A stretch of 64,000 nucleotides of DNA, from the IMG/VR virus record IMGVR_UViG_3300050821_004765, positions 10,239 through 74,238 of that record, one strand, 5' to 3'. This DNA is from a virus. Both the position numbers and the translations under genes were made by a program. Numbering within the stretch: the first letter of the stretch is position 1; each line of letters starts with the position of its first letter. Of this stretch, positions 45,901 through 56,300 are shown piece after piece. The notes beneath the pieces are model-generated. The model was not told the origin of the DNA, did no database searches, and saw nothing but the letters and a program-made list of their open reading frames with translations.

Positions 45901-48072
45901 CCGCCAACAACACCAGTCGCGCCTACAGGTGGAGCAGTCGCGCCCGCTGGTGGACAAGTTGGACCTACTGGATTAACTCAAGACCAATTTGCCGCAGAAG
46001 TTATCAACCAGGCAAAAGCCATGGGATTTAATGAAGAGCAAACTTTATCGGCTCTTGGTACTGGTTTACAAGAAACTGGACTGGGTACTAACCCAAGAAC
46101 GAATGTACTTCAGAATCAAAATGGTACGCCAGATATTGGTGGCGCTTACCAACAAGATAGTAGTTACGACAAGTACGGAAACAAGCTAGACCCAAAGGTT
46201 GCAATTCATGGATTCCTTGACCAATTTAGAAGTCGTGGCCAAGGCTTAAATAATCCCAACCCTTGGAACCAAGCGCTTCGCGTGCAAGTCCCCGCTACTG
46301 TAGCTGGTGGCGGATATAATGATGCGCCGTCCGGCGAAATTGGCCCGGGCGATTACTTGCGAAATAGACAACGGCAAAATGCTCTAGGCATTTACAATCG
46401 ATTGACAGCAGGTGGCGCTGCGCCTACGTCAGCCAATAATATACCAACTCGCAACGCATCCGACTACGGCGGGGTAGCCCTCAATGACACAGAACACCCA
46501 TTAGATCCTGGCGGTGGTGTTGCCGATAACCCCGCCAGCCAGGCAACGCGGGCGCAGCCGTTCCTTGGGGGCAGCACGGTAAGTGCTTATGACCGAGCCC
46601 GTAGTGCTGGTGCGTTTACTAGCCCACCGCTCTATGCGCCGGGGACAGACACCGGTGGCTACGGGCACCCGGGCAAATTGCCTGCATGGATGACAGACTT
46701 GGGTAATAGGTTTGGGGTTATCCCAAGCACTTATCCTGAAGGTGGCACACTACACCAAGAGGGGTTCGCGACAGACTGGGTTGCGAAGCCCGGGGACAAA
46801 GACCCGGCTGGCACAATGGATAAGTTTGCTGACTTCATTATGAATAGCTTGATGAGTCAGACTATGGAGCTTATCCACGCTAACTCAAAGCAAGGCAAAA
46901 CTTGGGGAATATTTGCTGGCGAACCGGTTGGGCCTGGTACTAAGTACCCAGATTACAACAAAGGTGACTGGGCTGGCCACGATGACTATGGGCCAGAGCC
47001 GCACGTACACTGGGCTACGGATGTGGCGCCGCTGCTGAATGGTATGCCGCCGCAGGGCGGTTCGCCGCCTGCTGGCGGACCGGGAACTGGGCAGATGACA
47101 CCATCTGGTGGCGCGTGGCTTACACCGGGCGGCAACGTAGTAACTACCAATCAGCAGACTAATATGCCGGGTACTGGCCTGTTACCTGGTGGCGGAACGC
47201 CAGGTAATGGCTTACAGTCGGGTGGCGGTTCTTGGTTGGGTGGACAGAATAGCCAGCAACCCGGGCAAAGTGGTGGGACTTGGCTTGGTGGAATGGGCCA
47301 ACAGAGCGTGCCTGGTGTCCCGCAGGCACCTACCCAAGCACCAATGTCTGGTATGCAAATTGCTACCCAGGCTATCCAGGGTGCCGGTAATATTGCGGAT
47401 AGCATCTTTTCTAGTATCAACAGCGTAATTGATTCCATTGGTGCTGGTGCCGACTTAATTAAGAAAGCAGCTTTGCTACCCAAGGATACTCAGACTGTTA
47501 TCAGTATGGTAAAGGATGTCCAACAATTTATTACAACTGGCGCACAGATTGCACAAACGACATCGTCTGTCTTGGGAACGGTCAGTAGCTTTGTTGGTGC
47601 CGGTGCAAGTGCCGATCCCTCCGGCGGGGCAGCTGGAGCTGCGGCCGCTTTAGGTGCAGCCAGTAGCATTGCTGGACTTGTCGGTGACGCATTGTCAACT
47701 GTGAATATGGGTATTACTGCAGGTATTGATATTTACCAGCAAGTTACTAAATACATGGGTGATATCGCTGGCTTTACGTTGGGTGGTAAAGCGACCGGTT
47801 GGCTTGGCGGCAATGTGAATATGTTGCTCAATACTAATAATGGATCGCTGTATACTTATAGCCAGAACGATCCACTCAATAAGAACGTATTGAACCCCGG
47901 TTTCCAGCAAGCTTATGATCACACCAATGCTCCACAGCAACTAACGCCGACGGTGGGTTCTGTAAATGTGTATGCTGGCCCGGGACAAACGACACAGCAA
48001 ATGATGTCAGACACAATGTGGATGGTGGGTACTGGTGCACCTTCAGTGGTATCGGCAGCAGGTAAGACATGA
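42967..48072 (+). CDS. tape measure protein
   Basis: 1701 aa; helical A/G-rich; C-terminal putative muralytic domains. Confidence 0.93.
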   Translation: MADEDLGTAHGQVKITADVSGALEASAAMAGLNTEGKTLQGTLGKTTDEMSRQEKQSQVSAASLSNLQSKHEGLRQRMQETADAAGKVRQAQADLDAVMLNVSSTTEEQRDALKNLTQVKRDATEAEKAQTLAADAFRRAMDNHNNTVGKSSIVQRAFSADARESARTMRTFGQSLDEAGEKLQEFDKRKDHTRENIRGFRRDWEDMVDSIGKFVKINSTKETLQGIADTISNVRNATLGVLAGGGLAGGLGLLLGGGTEGLVGMVASMTELVGLVGLLPGLLAGAGAGVATLAVGFHGVAESIGAMGDPMKFVESLRELGPVTRQAMVEIHSFYASFRGAMEEVQDSIFTPILNDIQPLVMTYLPMLMHAGQEIGAVFGQAGHLFAAWLETPETVQTIQQFLHNVAGGLQAALPAVQAFSNAFLTISAVGGGFFQQIGESVAAVAKEFNAFISSAAQSGKLQEFIQYGIDSFKVLMTNIKDVSEALFNIFSIGNQYGGGFLELFRNIGQEFLNWTKSIGGQRTIADFFQTITEAGKALHPILREVGSGLATVVSSIVHLGTDIAPSINVFFKDLNDALKILGPALIQSAPAFSEFVEAMGRLVLGVVQALGPNLPTFLKNFADAAIKLVGPATELAGALGELLGKLTPKEIEFIIGAVGAFNALGTVIPIVTGAVALLANPVGLVVAGIAALTAGLVYFYENNDGFKEWVDDVNAGIDELPDALSKVPSFFESMWDTVTKLIKGWWGDVSNWGEKLADDFAAGIRSGLTTVEDAVKDMFGIPVSHGKPGSPTEEGPLSDTWSDTWGAQFSHDYASGIASGQGEVAAAASGVAGAAKDQFSTSGNTVAVGGEYHAGSSGFDQWIKRLTSDMKAVSNIAHEVISTGLGAASDVLKGVKLFAELWKGGVNPLTAPGGFDQGDKPLIPQAAYQGQFDVPNVPKASPYGQLSATDTTVPATGSGPTTGTYVPPSAKGPASDTPPTTPVAPTGGAVAPAGGQVGPTGLTQDQFAAEVINQAKAMGFNEEQTLSALGTGLQETGLGTNPRTNVLQNQNGTPDIGGAYQQDSSYDKYGNKLDPKVAIHGFLDQFRSRGQGLNNPNPWNQALRVQVPATVAGGGYNDAPSGEIGPGDYLRNRQRQNALGIYNRLTAGGAAPTSANNIPTRNASDYGGVALNDTEHPLDPGGGVADNPASQATRAQPFLGGSTVSAYDRARSAGAFTSPPLYAPGTDTGGYGHPGKLPAWMTDLGNRFGVIPSTYPEGGTLHQEGFATDWVAKPGDKDPAGTMDKFADFIMNSLMSQTMELIHANSKQGKTWGIFAGEPVGPGTKYPDYNKGDWAGHDDYGPEPHVHWATDVAPLLNGMPPQGGSPPAGGPGTGQMTPSGGAWLTPGGNVVTTNQQTNMPGTGLLPGGGTPGNGLQSGGGSWLGGQNSQQPGQSGGTWLGGMGQQSVPGVPQAPTQAPMSGMQIATQAIQGAGNIADSIFSSINSVIDSIGAGADLIKKAALLPKDTQTVISMVKDVQQFITTGAQIAQTTSSVLGTVSSFVGAGASADPSGGAAGAAAALGAASSIAGLVGDALSTVNMGITAGIDIYQQVTKYMGDIAGFTLGGKATGWLGGNVNMLLNTNNGSLYTYSQNDPLNKNVLNPGFQQAYDHTNAPQQLTPTVGSVNVYAGPGQTTQQMMSDTMWMVGTGAPSVVSAAGKT

Positions 48073-49055
48073 CCGGGCCAACTAACCCAGACACTGGACA
48101 GGCGAACCCTAACACAAGCGGGAACCCGCCTGGGCCCGGACCTTACCAGCCTATTGAGCAACAAACAACGGTAGCTTCTGCACTAAACTTGCGGCCATTC
48201 CAATATCAGATTGGCGGCTTAGTATTTGGTAGACATACCAATATGGTAGTTAGCAAAGTTGATATTCAAACTTATAACGTCAATGCTGAAGACTTCCAGA
48301 TCATTAGGACAAATGAAAGATCATTCGGTGTTGATACTCTGTCACCTGGCAGTTTGGTATTCACGCTCGGCGCTTTGGATAATCGACCTATTAACTTTGC
48401 TGCCGCAATAGACTATGACTTACTCCCATTGATGCTTGGTTACAAATCCCAAGCTATGCTATCCGATTTCCTTATGGAGTGGAAGGCCAATGATGTATTC
48501 CCTAACTGGGGTGAAACTAAACCAATTTACTTTGCTGACCGAGATGGCGTCACCAAGCGTATTTATGGACGTCCAGGTAAAGTCACATACTCGCGGTCTA
48601 CCACCAAGAACGCTTTTTGGAATGTGCAGGCCGAGTATAGACGTGCAGATACATACGTCTACAGCGATGTAGAATATTTCGTTGGCCCAATCTATCCAGG
48701 GCAAGCTCCGGTATTTGCATCTAGGCAGGATGGCGATGGCCCCGCATGGATGCGTATTCTTTTCACGGGGCCATTCAACCACCCTGTGATGACATATGGA
48801 GAAAACGTTCTCGAGGTTGGTGTACAAGAAGCGGATGGATCTGTTCTTGAAGTTAACAGCTATCCCTGGGAGCGTCGTGTCATTGATAGTAATGGCATCA
48901 ACTGGCGATCACAGTTGCTAGGGGAGACAGTATATTTGGATCAATTACAATTCCCGGTCGGCACGACTTGGCCGATCAGCTGGGTACAGGAAGGCACAGC
49001 TAACTCTGATACCGCAGCATACTTCTGTTGGCGCGAATCATACAATATGATGTGA
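48069..49055 (+). CDS. minor tail protein (Dit-like)
   Basis: Directly after the TMP. Confidence 0.75.
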   Translation: MTGPTNPDTGQANPNTSGNPPGPGPYQPIEQQTTVASALNLRPFQYQIGGLVFGRHTNMVVSKVDIQTYNVNAEDFQIIRTNERSFGVDTLSPGSLVFTLGALDNRPINFAAAIDYDLLPLMLGYKSQAMLSDFLMEWKANDVFPNWGETKPIYFADRDGVTKRIYGRPGKVTYSRSTTKNAFWNVQAEYRRADTYVYSDVEYFVGPIYPGQAPVFASRQDGDGPAWMRILFTGPFNHPVMTYGENVLEVGVQEADGSVLEVNSYPWERRVIDSNGINWRSQLLGETVYLDQLQFPVGTTWPISWVQEGTANSDTAAYFCWRESYNMM

Positions 49056-49056
49056 T

Positions 49057-50985
49057 ATGACTATTCAAATTGTGCAAGAGAAAGTTATTGGGCAATCCAA
49101 TAATACTGGAGCGATTAGCTTTAGTTTTGCTAGTGCGGTTACCCTTGGCAATACTGTAGTAGTTGTAGTTGCTTGTTCCAATAGCGACGCATACCCAATG
49201 GCAGCAAGCAACTGCTTCCTCGGCTACGAGCTAGTACCCGGTACATTTGCCGTTTGGGATCCGGGTAATAGTGCCGGTATCAATGAAGCTGTTGATGAAG
49301 GCATCTTTGCTACTTGCTGGGTGCTACCAAATTGCCCCGCCGGTAATGGTATCACATTGAGCATTGCCAATATGGAATATATCAACGAGATAGTTGCCTA
49401 TGAAATTAGTGGACTAGGCAACTCACCAATCGTTGACCAGTTTATTTTCAATTCTGGTGCTACTGGCAATATTAACTCTGGTGAAACCCAAGGATCTACA
49501 TTTGCACCGGAGATTGCCATTGGCGTTGGTATGGCGCTCAACGGCGGCGCACAAGCGCCGAGTGGCGACACAACTTGGACTGCAGTTGAGGCGTCTGGAG
49601 AGACGTACGCGCGAATTGGCTACACCGTAGCTACATCTACTGCGACTAAGTTCTCTTGGGTTGAGACCATTAGCAGCGGCCCTTGGGTTTCCGGTATCGT
49701 TAGCCTGTACGCTGCACCCCTAACTGGTACCGTACAGCCTGCGAGTATTCCTACTGGCGATGAAGGTAAGTTTCGTTTCATTGTGGAGGAAGCAGTAACT
49801 GGTAAGATTCTTACGCGGGATCTCAATGTCACCAAGCCTAAGCTGCTACGCGCATTAAGCGGCCCGTGTAAAATTGAGTTCGATGTTGACTACCGCGATC
49901 TATCTGCCATTGGTATTGGGTTCAATCCGTGGGGGCACTGGATTCATGTGGAAAAAGAAATCTATGGCGAACGTAAGATTTGGTGCAGTGGTATTGTACA
50001 GCCCGGTAAGGTAGACAAGAAGACCGGTGTCTTGCACCTACAAGCTCAGGGGTTCGCTGGATATCCAAAAGGTATTCCGTGGCTAGAGAATTGGAACCCC
50101 CTTACCGTCGACCCGTTCCAAGTTGTTCAAAAGATTTGGCATCATCTACAGAGTTATAGCAATGGCAATCTTGGGGTAACAGTTTACCCGTCTATTGCCG
50201 GACTCGAAATGCTACCGGGTTATGCGTTCGATGGCAATATCATGAACCTGGACTTCTTTGCTGAGTATATTCGTGCAGAAGACAAGAACGACTGTGGCGA
50301 TTACATCAATACTCTTGCACAAAATATTCCTTTTGACTATGTCGAATATAGTAATTGGAATGATGACTACTCGGCAATCCAGAAGTCAATATTCCTTGGC
50401 TATCCTAAGGCTGGTGTACAGCAAGACTACTTATCATTTGTCATCAATGAAAATGTTATGGAGGCACTACCATATGTGGAAGCTCAAATTGACTGGGCTA
50501 GTGATGTTATTATTGACGGTTGGTTCCCCGGCAGTGAGTACAGCGCAACCTTCACTAATCCCCTCCCCAACAGATATCGTCGCGTGCTTACCGAAGATGA
50601 AGCTAGAATCAACAGCAACGAAATCGCAGCAGCTTGGGCTCAGCGTAAGTTGTCAAAGCGACAAACCCCTGCCTACTGGTCCGATATTGTTACCATCTTG
50701 GGGCACCCAAATGCCCCATTTGGATCCTACGACGTAGGCGATGATATTTGGGTCACTGGCTATATGCCATGGGTCGGTGACGTCAACCAGCTTCATAAGA
50801 TCCTCGCAATTCAAGTAAATGAAGACCAAGGCACCTGTGAGTTAACGCTCATGGCTGAAGGCGCATTCAACTATGCGCCGGTATACTATCAGGGTAGCAT
50901 TAGTGGTTCTACAACTATGGTTGAAAGCGCCACACCAAATGTAACTGTCGCCACTTATGCCGCACAGATTGGACCGGGCAGTTGA
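49057..50985 (+). CDS. minor tail protein (hub-like) with extra N-terminal beta domain
   Basis: Second post-TMP gene; LSGPCKIEF, IWCSGIV, YDVGDDIWV motifs. Confidence 0.75.
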   Translation: MTIQIVQEKVIGQSNNTGAISFSFASAVTLGNTVVVVVACSNSDAYPMAASNCFLGYELVPGTFAVWDPGNSAGINEAVDEGIFATCWVLPNCPAGNGITLSIANMEYINEIVAYEISGLGNSPIVDQFIFNSGATGNINSGETQGSTFAPEIAIGVGMALNGGAQAPSGDTTWTAVEASGETYARIGYTVATSTATKFSWVETISSGPWVSGIVSLYAAPLTGTVQPASIPTGDEGKFRFIVEEAVTGKILTRDLNVTKPKLLRALSGPCKIEFDVDYRDLSAIGIGFNPWGHWIHVEKEIYGERKIWCSGIVQPGKVDKKTGVLHLQAQGFAGYPKGIPWLENWNPLTVDPFQVVQKIWHHLQSYSNGNLGVTVYPSIAGLEMLPGYAFDGNIMNLDFFAEYIRAEDKNDCGDYINTLAQNIPFDYVEYSNWNDDYSAIQKSIFLGYPKAGVQQDYLSFVINENVMEALPYVEAQIDWASDVIIDGWFPGSEYSATFTNPLPNRYRRVLTEDEARINSNEIAAAWAQRKLSKRQTPAYWSDIVTILGHPNAPFGSYDVGDDIWVTGYMPWVGDVNQLHKILAIQVNEDQGTCELTLMAEGAFNYAPVYYQGSISGSTTMVESATPNVTVATYAAQIGPGS

Positions 50986-51479
50986 CCACAGGAGGCACAG
51001 GCCCAGTTATTGGGCCGAGTAACCCAATCAACAGGCCGCTTGACCTGTATGGCAAATTCTTTCAGAGCCTATTCGCTGGAGCGGTCGACTTTGTTGATGA
51101 CCCAGTCTACTGCATGCTATGTACGAGTAGCTATACCCCCAACCAGGATTCACACCAATATAAATCAGATGTAACAAATGAGGTTGTTGGCAGCGGCTAC
51201 TTTGAAGGTGGCCAAGCCCTCACGGGTGTTGAGGCGTTATATCAAGTCTCAGGTTCACTAAAGCAGCTTGTGGTTACGGCGGGGAACTTGGTTTGGCCCA
51301 GCGTTACCTTTTCTGCTGCTTATGCCATTTTGTACATGAACTCTGCCGTGCCGGAAACCCAACAGCCACTGATCGGCTACATGAACTTCCAAGGTACACA
51401 GTCACCGGCTGACGAAGCCTTCTATATTAACTGGGCAAGTGCCGGGGTGTTTACACTTACCATCCCGGTGGCGACATGA
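50982..51479 (+). CDS. minor tail protein
   Basis: DVTNEVVGSGYFEGG...W...TF.A.YAILY pattern. Confidence 0.7.
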   Translation: MTTGGTGPVIGPSNPINRPLDLYGKFFQSLFAGAVDFVDDPVYCMLCTSSYTPNQDSHQYKSDVTNEVVGSGYFEGGQALTGVEALYQVSGSLKQLVVTAGNLVWPSVTFSAAYAILYMNSAVPETQQPLIGYMNFQGTQSPADEAFYINWASAGVFTLTIPVAT

Positions 51480-53377
51480 CTGGACCGCTTTATCCTGGTG
51501 CCACAAGTTCTTCGCAGCAGACATATGCACTTAGTCAGATCGACTCAACGAAGTACCCAGATACCAATAAAGACTTTGAAGCGAATATGGGTCGCCTTAA
51601 CACTTGGGTCGACTACATTGCTTCTTATCTGCAGACGATGCAGAAAGGTATTGACCAAGCCAACCAGGATGCGCTCCAAAAAGTACAGAGTTTAGTATCT
51701 GGTATCGAGGAAATGTTCGCTGGTGGACAAGGCCTCTTTGGCATTGACCTTGGCAATCTACAATATTATCTCCCCGCCATCGGTGCGCTCCTTGGATTTA
51801 ATACCACAGATCCATTCCCGATCAACCTATTTGATGCAGCAGAGAACTTCTTTCTTGGTTACATTGTACCTTTGAGTAGTTTCGCTTCAACAATCAATGG
51901 GTTCATCACCCCCATCCTTGAAGACTTTGGTATTAATGCCAATTTCATTCAAGCAGCGCAAAACCTTATCAACGCATTCCAGAATGTAACGAATGATGTT
52001 GAATCATTCCTGTCTAATATGTGGAATGTACTCACCGTCTTCGGCGTCACATCTGGTGGACTTAGTCCGTTCTCTGATTTGTGGCACGCGATAACAACAT
52101 TGCTTGGTGGCTTCAGTCTTACCAACCTTGGTGCAATTACCAACCCGATCTTCTTGGCGCTCGCGCCTTGGGTACAAGACTTGGCCGACTTGGTCAACAC
52201 TATCGGCGATGCCATTACTGCTATCGAGAACATCACCAACCCATTTGGGCAACTGCTACAGAACTTCCTATCATTCACTAACATATTCGGTTGGCTCAAT
52301 ATTCCGGGTGCTAACTTTAGCAACTTTAGCGAGTGGTTCCAGATACCAGGCCTAACTGCAATTAGCAATCTAATTGTCAATGTATCCACTGCGCTTGCCA
52401 ACTTAGTAGACTTGTTATTCAATAAAATCACAGGCTCCAATGCGAGCGGTGTGTCATATGGTCTGCTTGGCGATGCCGTTAAAGGTCTGGCCGATCTTAT
52501 CCAGAATGCCATGAATGGTATCGACACGATCCTGAATGTTGTAGGCAAACTATTCGGTATGGTGCAACAACTCGTTGATGACATTCTCAATATACCAATC
52601 TTCAAAGGCATAGAAGATCTACTCAACAATATTGAGGGCGCCATATCTGGTTGGTGGAACAATATTGTTCAAAGTCTTACCGGCCAGAACCCGGGTACTG
52701 CTGCCAACACTACCCAGATCAATGCACTCTGGACCCAAGCCCTTAATGCTGGCGGGGTTAGTATCTCCCAGAACTTTTCCTATGGTACAGCATTATCTTC
52801 AAGTTGGGGCGTCGTTGAAACGTACGCGCTCCCAACCGTTAGTGGTGCGGGCACTCAAGACTTTGTCTATGACGTCAATGGCAATATGCACTATGCAATA
52901 TACAAGACGCCCTTGGCAACCCAGAATAACTATGTGTCATGTATTGTTAAGTATTTTGGCTCTAACGTTTATGGCCCGGTCCACCTAATACTTTGTGCAC
53001 AATATAACACAACAACAACTACGCTTGGCGAATATGTAGTCCTTGAATTTGACCATCAGTGGTACGGTAACTTCTTGCGAATTGTGTCATACACTGGTCC
53101 TGGTACTGGTCGTGTTGTTCAAGCAACGGGTAGCCCGAGCGTTAATGTAGGTGATGTACTTGGTATTGCATATGATGAAGCAGAGAATACATTTGCAATG
53201 TTCCGCAATGAACAACAGGTAGGCCAAACCTGGACGGATACGGGTAATATTATCAACCATAGTACCGGCTACCTTTATACAGGACTTGTGACGAACGCAT
53301 CTGGTTTATATTACAACGGTGCCAGCCCAGACTGGGGAACTGGTATCGGGCAGTTTGTGGCGTACGATGCCGTATAG
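51476..53377 (+). CDS. minor tail protein
   Basis: Helical N-region and beta-sandwich-like C-terminus. Confidence 0.7.
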   Translation: MTGPLYPGATSSSQQTYALSQIDSTKYPDTNKDFEANMGRLNTWVDYIASYLQTMQKGIDQANQDALQKVQSLVSGIEEMFAGGQGLFGIDLGNLQYYLPAIGALLGFNTTDPFPINLFDAAENFFLGYIVPLSSFASTINGFITPILEDFGINANFIQAAQNLINAFQNVTNDVESFLSNMWNVLTVFGVTSGGLSPFSDLWHAITTLLGGFSLTNLGAITNPIFLALAPWVQDLADLVNTIGDAITAIENITNPFGQLLQNFLSFTNIFGWLNIPGANFSNFSEWFQIPGLTAISNLIVNVSTALANLVDLLFNKITGSNASGVSYGLLGDAVKGLADLIQNAMNGIDTILNVVGKLFGMVQQLVDDILNIPIFKGIEDLLNNIEGAISGWWNNIVQSLTGQNPGTAANTTQINALWTQALNAGGVSISQNFSYGTALSSSWGVVETYALPTVSGAGTQDFVYDVNGNMHYAIYKTPLATQNNYVSCIVKYFGSNVYGPVHLILCAQYNTTTTTLGEYVVLEFDHQWYGNFLRIVSYTGPGTGRVVQATGSPSVNVGDVLGIAYDEAENTFAMFRNEQQVGQTWTDTGNIINHSTGYLYTGLVTNASGLYYNGASPDWGTGIGQFVAYDAV

Positions 53378-56300
53378 CTTCGGTATCAATGTCTCAGATG
53401 CTTGGGTGCAAACTCAGCCACAACTTTACACGCAGAACAATGCCTTTGAAAAGCTCGAGCAGCTAAACCTAGGCATGTGGCGGATGGTGATTCCATATGG
53501 ACTCGTTTGCACAAACTTACAGCCAGGACCTTATGAAGGCACCTCCAGTTCTGGCGACGTTATCACAGCCACCATCACCGGTAGCGGATATGTTGGAACG
53601 TCAACTAGTCCACCAAATACAAATGGATCACTTAATGTCCAGGCGGTTGCTTACGGCTCTGGGGTAGTCACGAGCTTTGCTCCGGGTATGCGTGGACGGG
53701 ACTGGAGTCTTGTCGACGCTGCCGTTAATAACATTCGCTTGAATGTAGGCTGTGACATTCTTTTCATGATTGGTCAGGATAGGCCATCATATTGGACAGC
53801 AGCACAATTTACTGAATTCTGCCAAGAAATTGCATTTCGCTATGGACCGAATGGCCCCGGTATTCGCACGGATGGCATTTACAGTAGTCTAGCAGGTTGG
53901 GGCGTCAATAAGTTTGAGTTCTGGAATGAACAGAATGCTATGTTCTTCTGGACTAATGTAGTAAGTGTAACGAACTATGTGAGTTACCTTCAAGCTGGCT
54001 ACACTGGTATCAAAAGCATATTGCCTGGTAATGAATCAGTCTGTGTGTTTGGCGGTATGCAGCATGTTCAGTTTGTGGGGTCTTGGATCGGTTATGGCTG
54101 GGATACTGTCGATGAAGTTACATTCTTTGAAGAGTGTATGGCAGGTGGTGCCGGGGGCTACTTTGATGCAGTAGCCACCCATGTGTACCCTATAACCGAT
54201 ACTGCATATCATGGCAATGTTATTGAAGGTATGCAACTACCTGCCGTCTGTACAAGTGGTAATCTAGTTTGTAATGCGCTCGCTACTGGGCACGGTGTCC
54301 TGAACATCAACAAAGATGGCACCCAGATCATCGAGGCCCAGATTACTGGTTCCGGTCAACTTGAGCCATACCAACCAGCCGGTCCTGTGCCAAATATCTT
54401 CATGGATAACTTTCGGCAGGTCCAAGGTATCTATGCAGTTATGCAAGAATACGGTTACGGCTCCACGCCAATGTGGATCACAGAGCTAGGCTATTGTATA
54501 TATCAAGCTGGCATGAATGAACTACTTCAGCAAGCCTATACCCAACAGTGTTTCAATATTCTCAATACGCTACCGTATGTAACAGAAGTATTTCTTTACA
54601 ACGCCATGGATGCCAATAACGCCCATATCTATGATGGGTACACCGGCTATGGCCTACTTGATTACCAAGGCAACCCACGGAATATCTACTACTGGTTGCA
54701 AACTTTGCTCCAGTATTTCGATATGGGTTCCCTACAAGTTCAAGCACAAATCACCGGTACTGGTACAATCGCATCGGGTGGGGCACCAGTAATTAACGCG
54801 GCCGCTACTGGTACTGGGCAGCTTGTGGTATCTGGTGCCATCATTACCGCAGTCGCTACGGGTACTGGTGTCGTGAACCCCGCCGGTAATGCTGCGCCGG
54901 TAATCAATGCCAATATTACAGGTACTGGTGCCGTTGGTATTTACGGCAGCTCAAACCCAGCGACCGCTGGCGGGGTAATTGTAAATGCGCAAGCTAGTGG
55001 TGCAGGTGTAGTTAATGTTGGCAATGATGGTACGCAGATTGTAACAGCAACTGCTACCGGTTATGGCGTACTTGGGTCGGGCGCACCAAATGCAACGGTC
55101 GTCACTGCGACTATTGTTGGTTCTGGTATGCTACTATTACTTGGCTATGAGATTGGCGTAGTGGGTGATGTAGCCCAAGGTGCGCTTACTGCTAATGCGA
55201 CTATTATCGGTGCTGGCTATGTTACTGAAGGTAATTCTGGCGCACTAACTGCTACGGCTACAATCACTGGTACTGGGCACGTTGGGCTATATACAGGCGG
55301 CGTGTCTACGATCACCGCGACCGGTAGCGATCAGGGTTCTTCAACGGTCGGTAAGGTCGGGGCCGGTTCTCTCAGCGCTACCTCTACCGCGACAGATAGC
55401 GGTAGCTCGGTTGTCGGTAAGGTAGGAGCCGGTTCCCTTACCGTTACGTCAACAGCGCTAGGCGACGGCCCGCAAGCCTACACGGATATGGGATCCTTTA
55501 CCGCGACTGCCACTATTACTGGTGGTGGTATTGTAGGTGCGGTCGGATCAGGTTCGTTGACGGCTGTGGCTAGCGTTACTCAAACTGAAGTTGCCAATGC
55601 ATCTGACTCCGGTTCCCTAACGGTTACCGCTACAATTACCGGCGGTGGCGTTGTTGGCTTGGTCGGTCATGGTTCCTTGACGGTTACTGCGACACCCGCC
55701 AATACCTATCAAGGTCCGATGCGTTGCTTCTGGCAAGGATCTGGTAGTACATTTTCCAACGGATACTTTGCAGCCGTACATGCTTCATACAATATTGAAT
55801 CATGGGGCAACCAAGCTGTGGCAACACAGACGCCCCTTAGTGACACTTGTGTAATTACTGGCATTAAAGTTTGGTGTACTAATGCGCCGGGTGGTTCAAC
55901 AAGCTGGACAGTTGCCATCAACAAGAATGGCACAACGCAGACAGCGACCAATACAGTTATTAGCGGTAGCGCAACTAGTGCTACTTGGAATGGCGCGTTA
56001 AGTTGTAGTCAAGGTGACCTAGTTAAGCTGGTGGTTAATTCATCCGGCAGCCCAGCGAGCAGTGGTAATACATTCTGGATCATCGAATACTTCACCCCAT
56101 ACAATGCAACATATGGTGGCAACTACTTTATGTTGCCACATAACGCTGCGGGCGCCAATACAAACTACACACAGTACATGCCAATTCAAGGTTCGGCTAG
56201 TGCACCGAATGCCACAGCTTCTGTTGTACAGGGGCTCGTGCCGATGAGCATGACGCATGTGTCCATGGCTCTTGTTGCTAATGCTAGCATTGGTTCAGCC

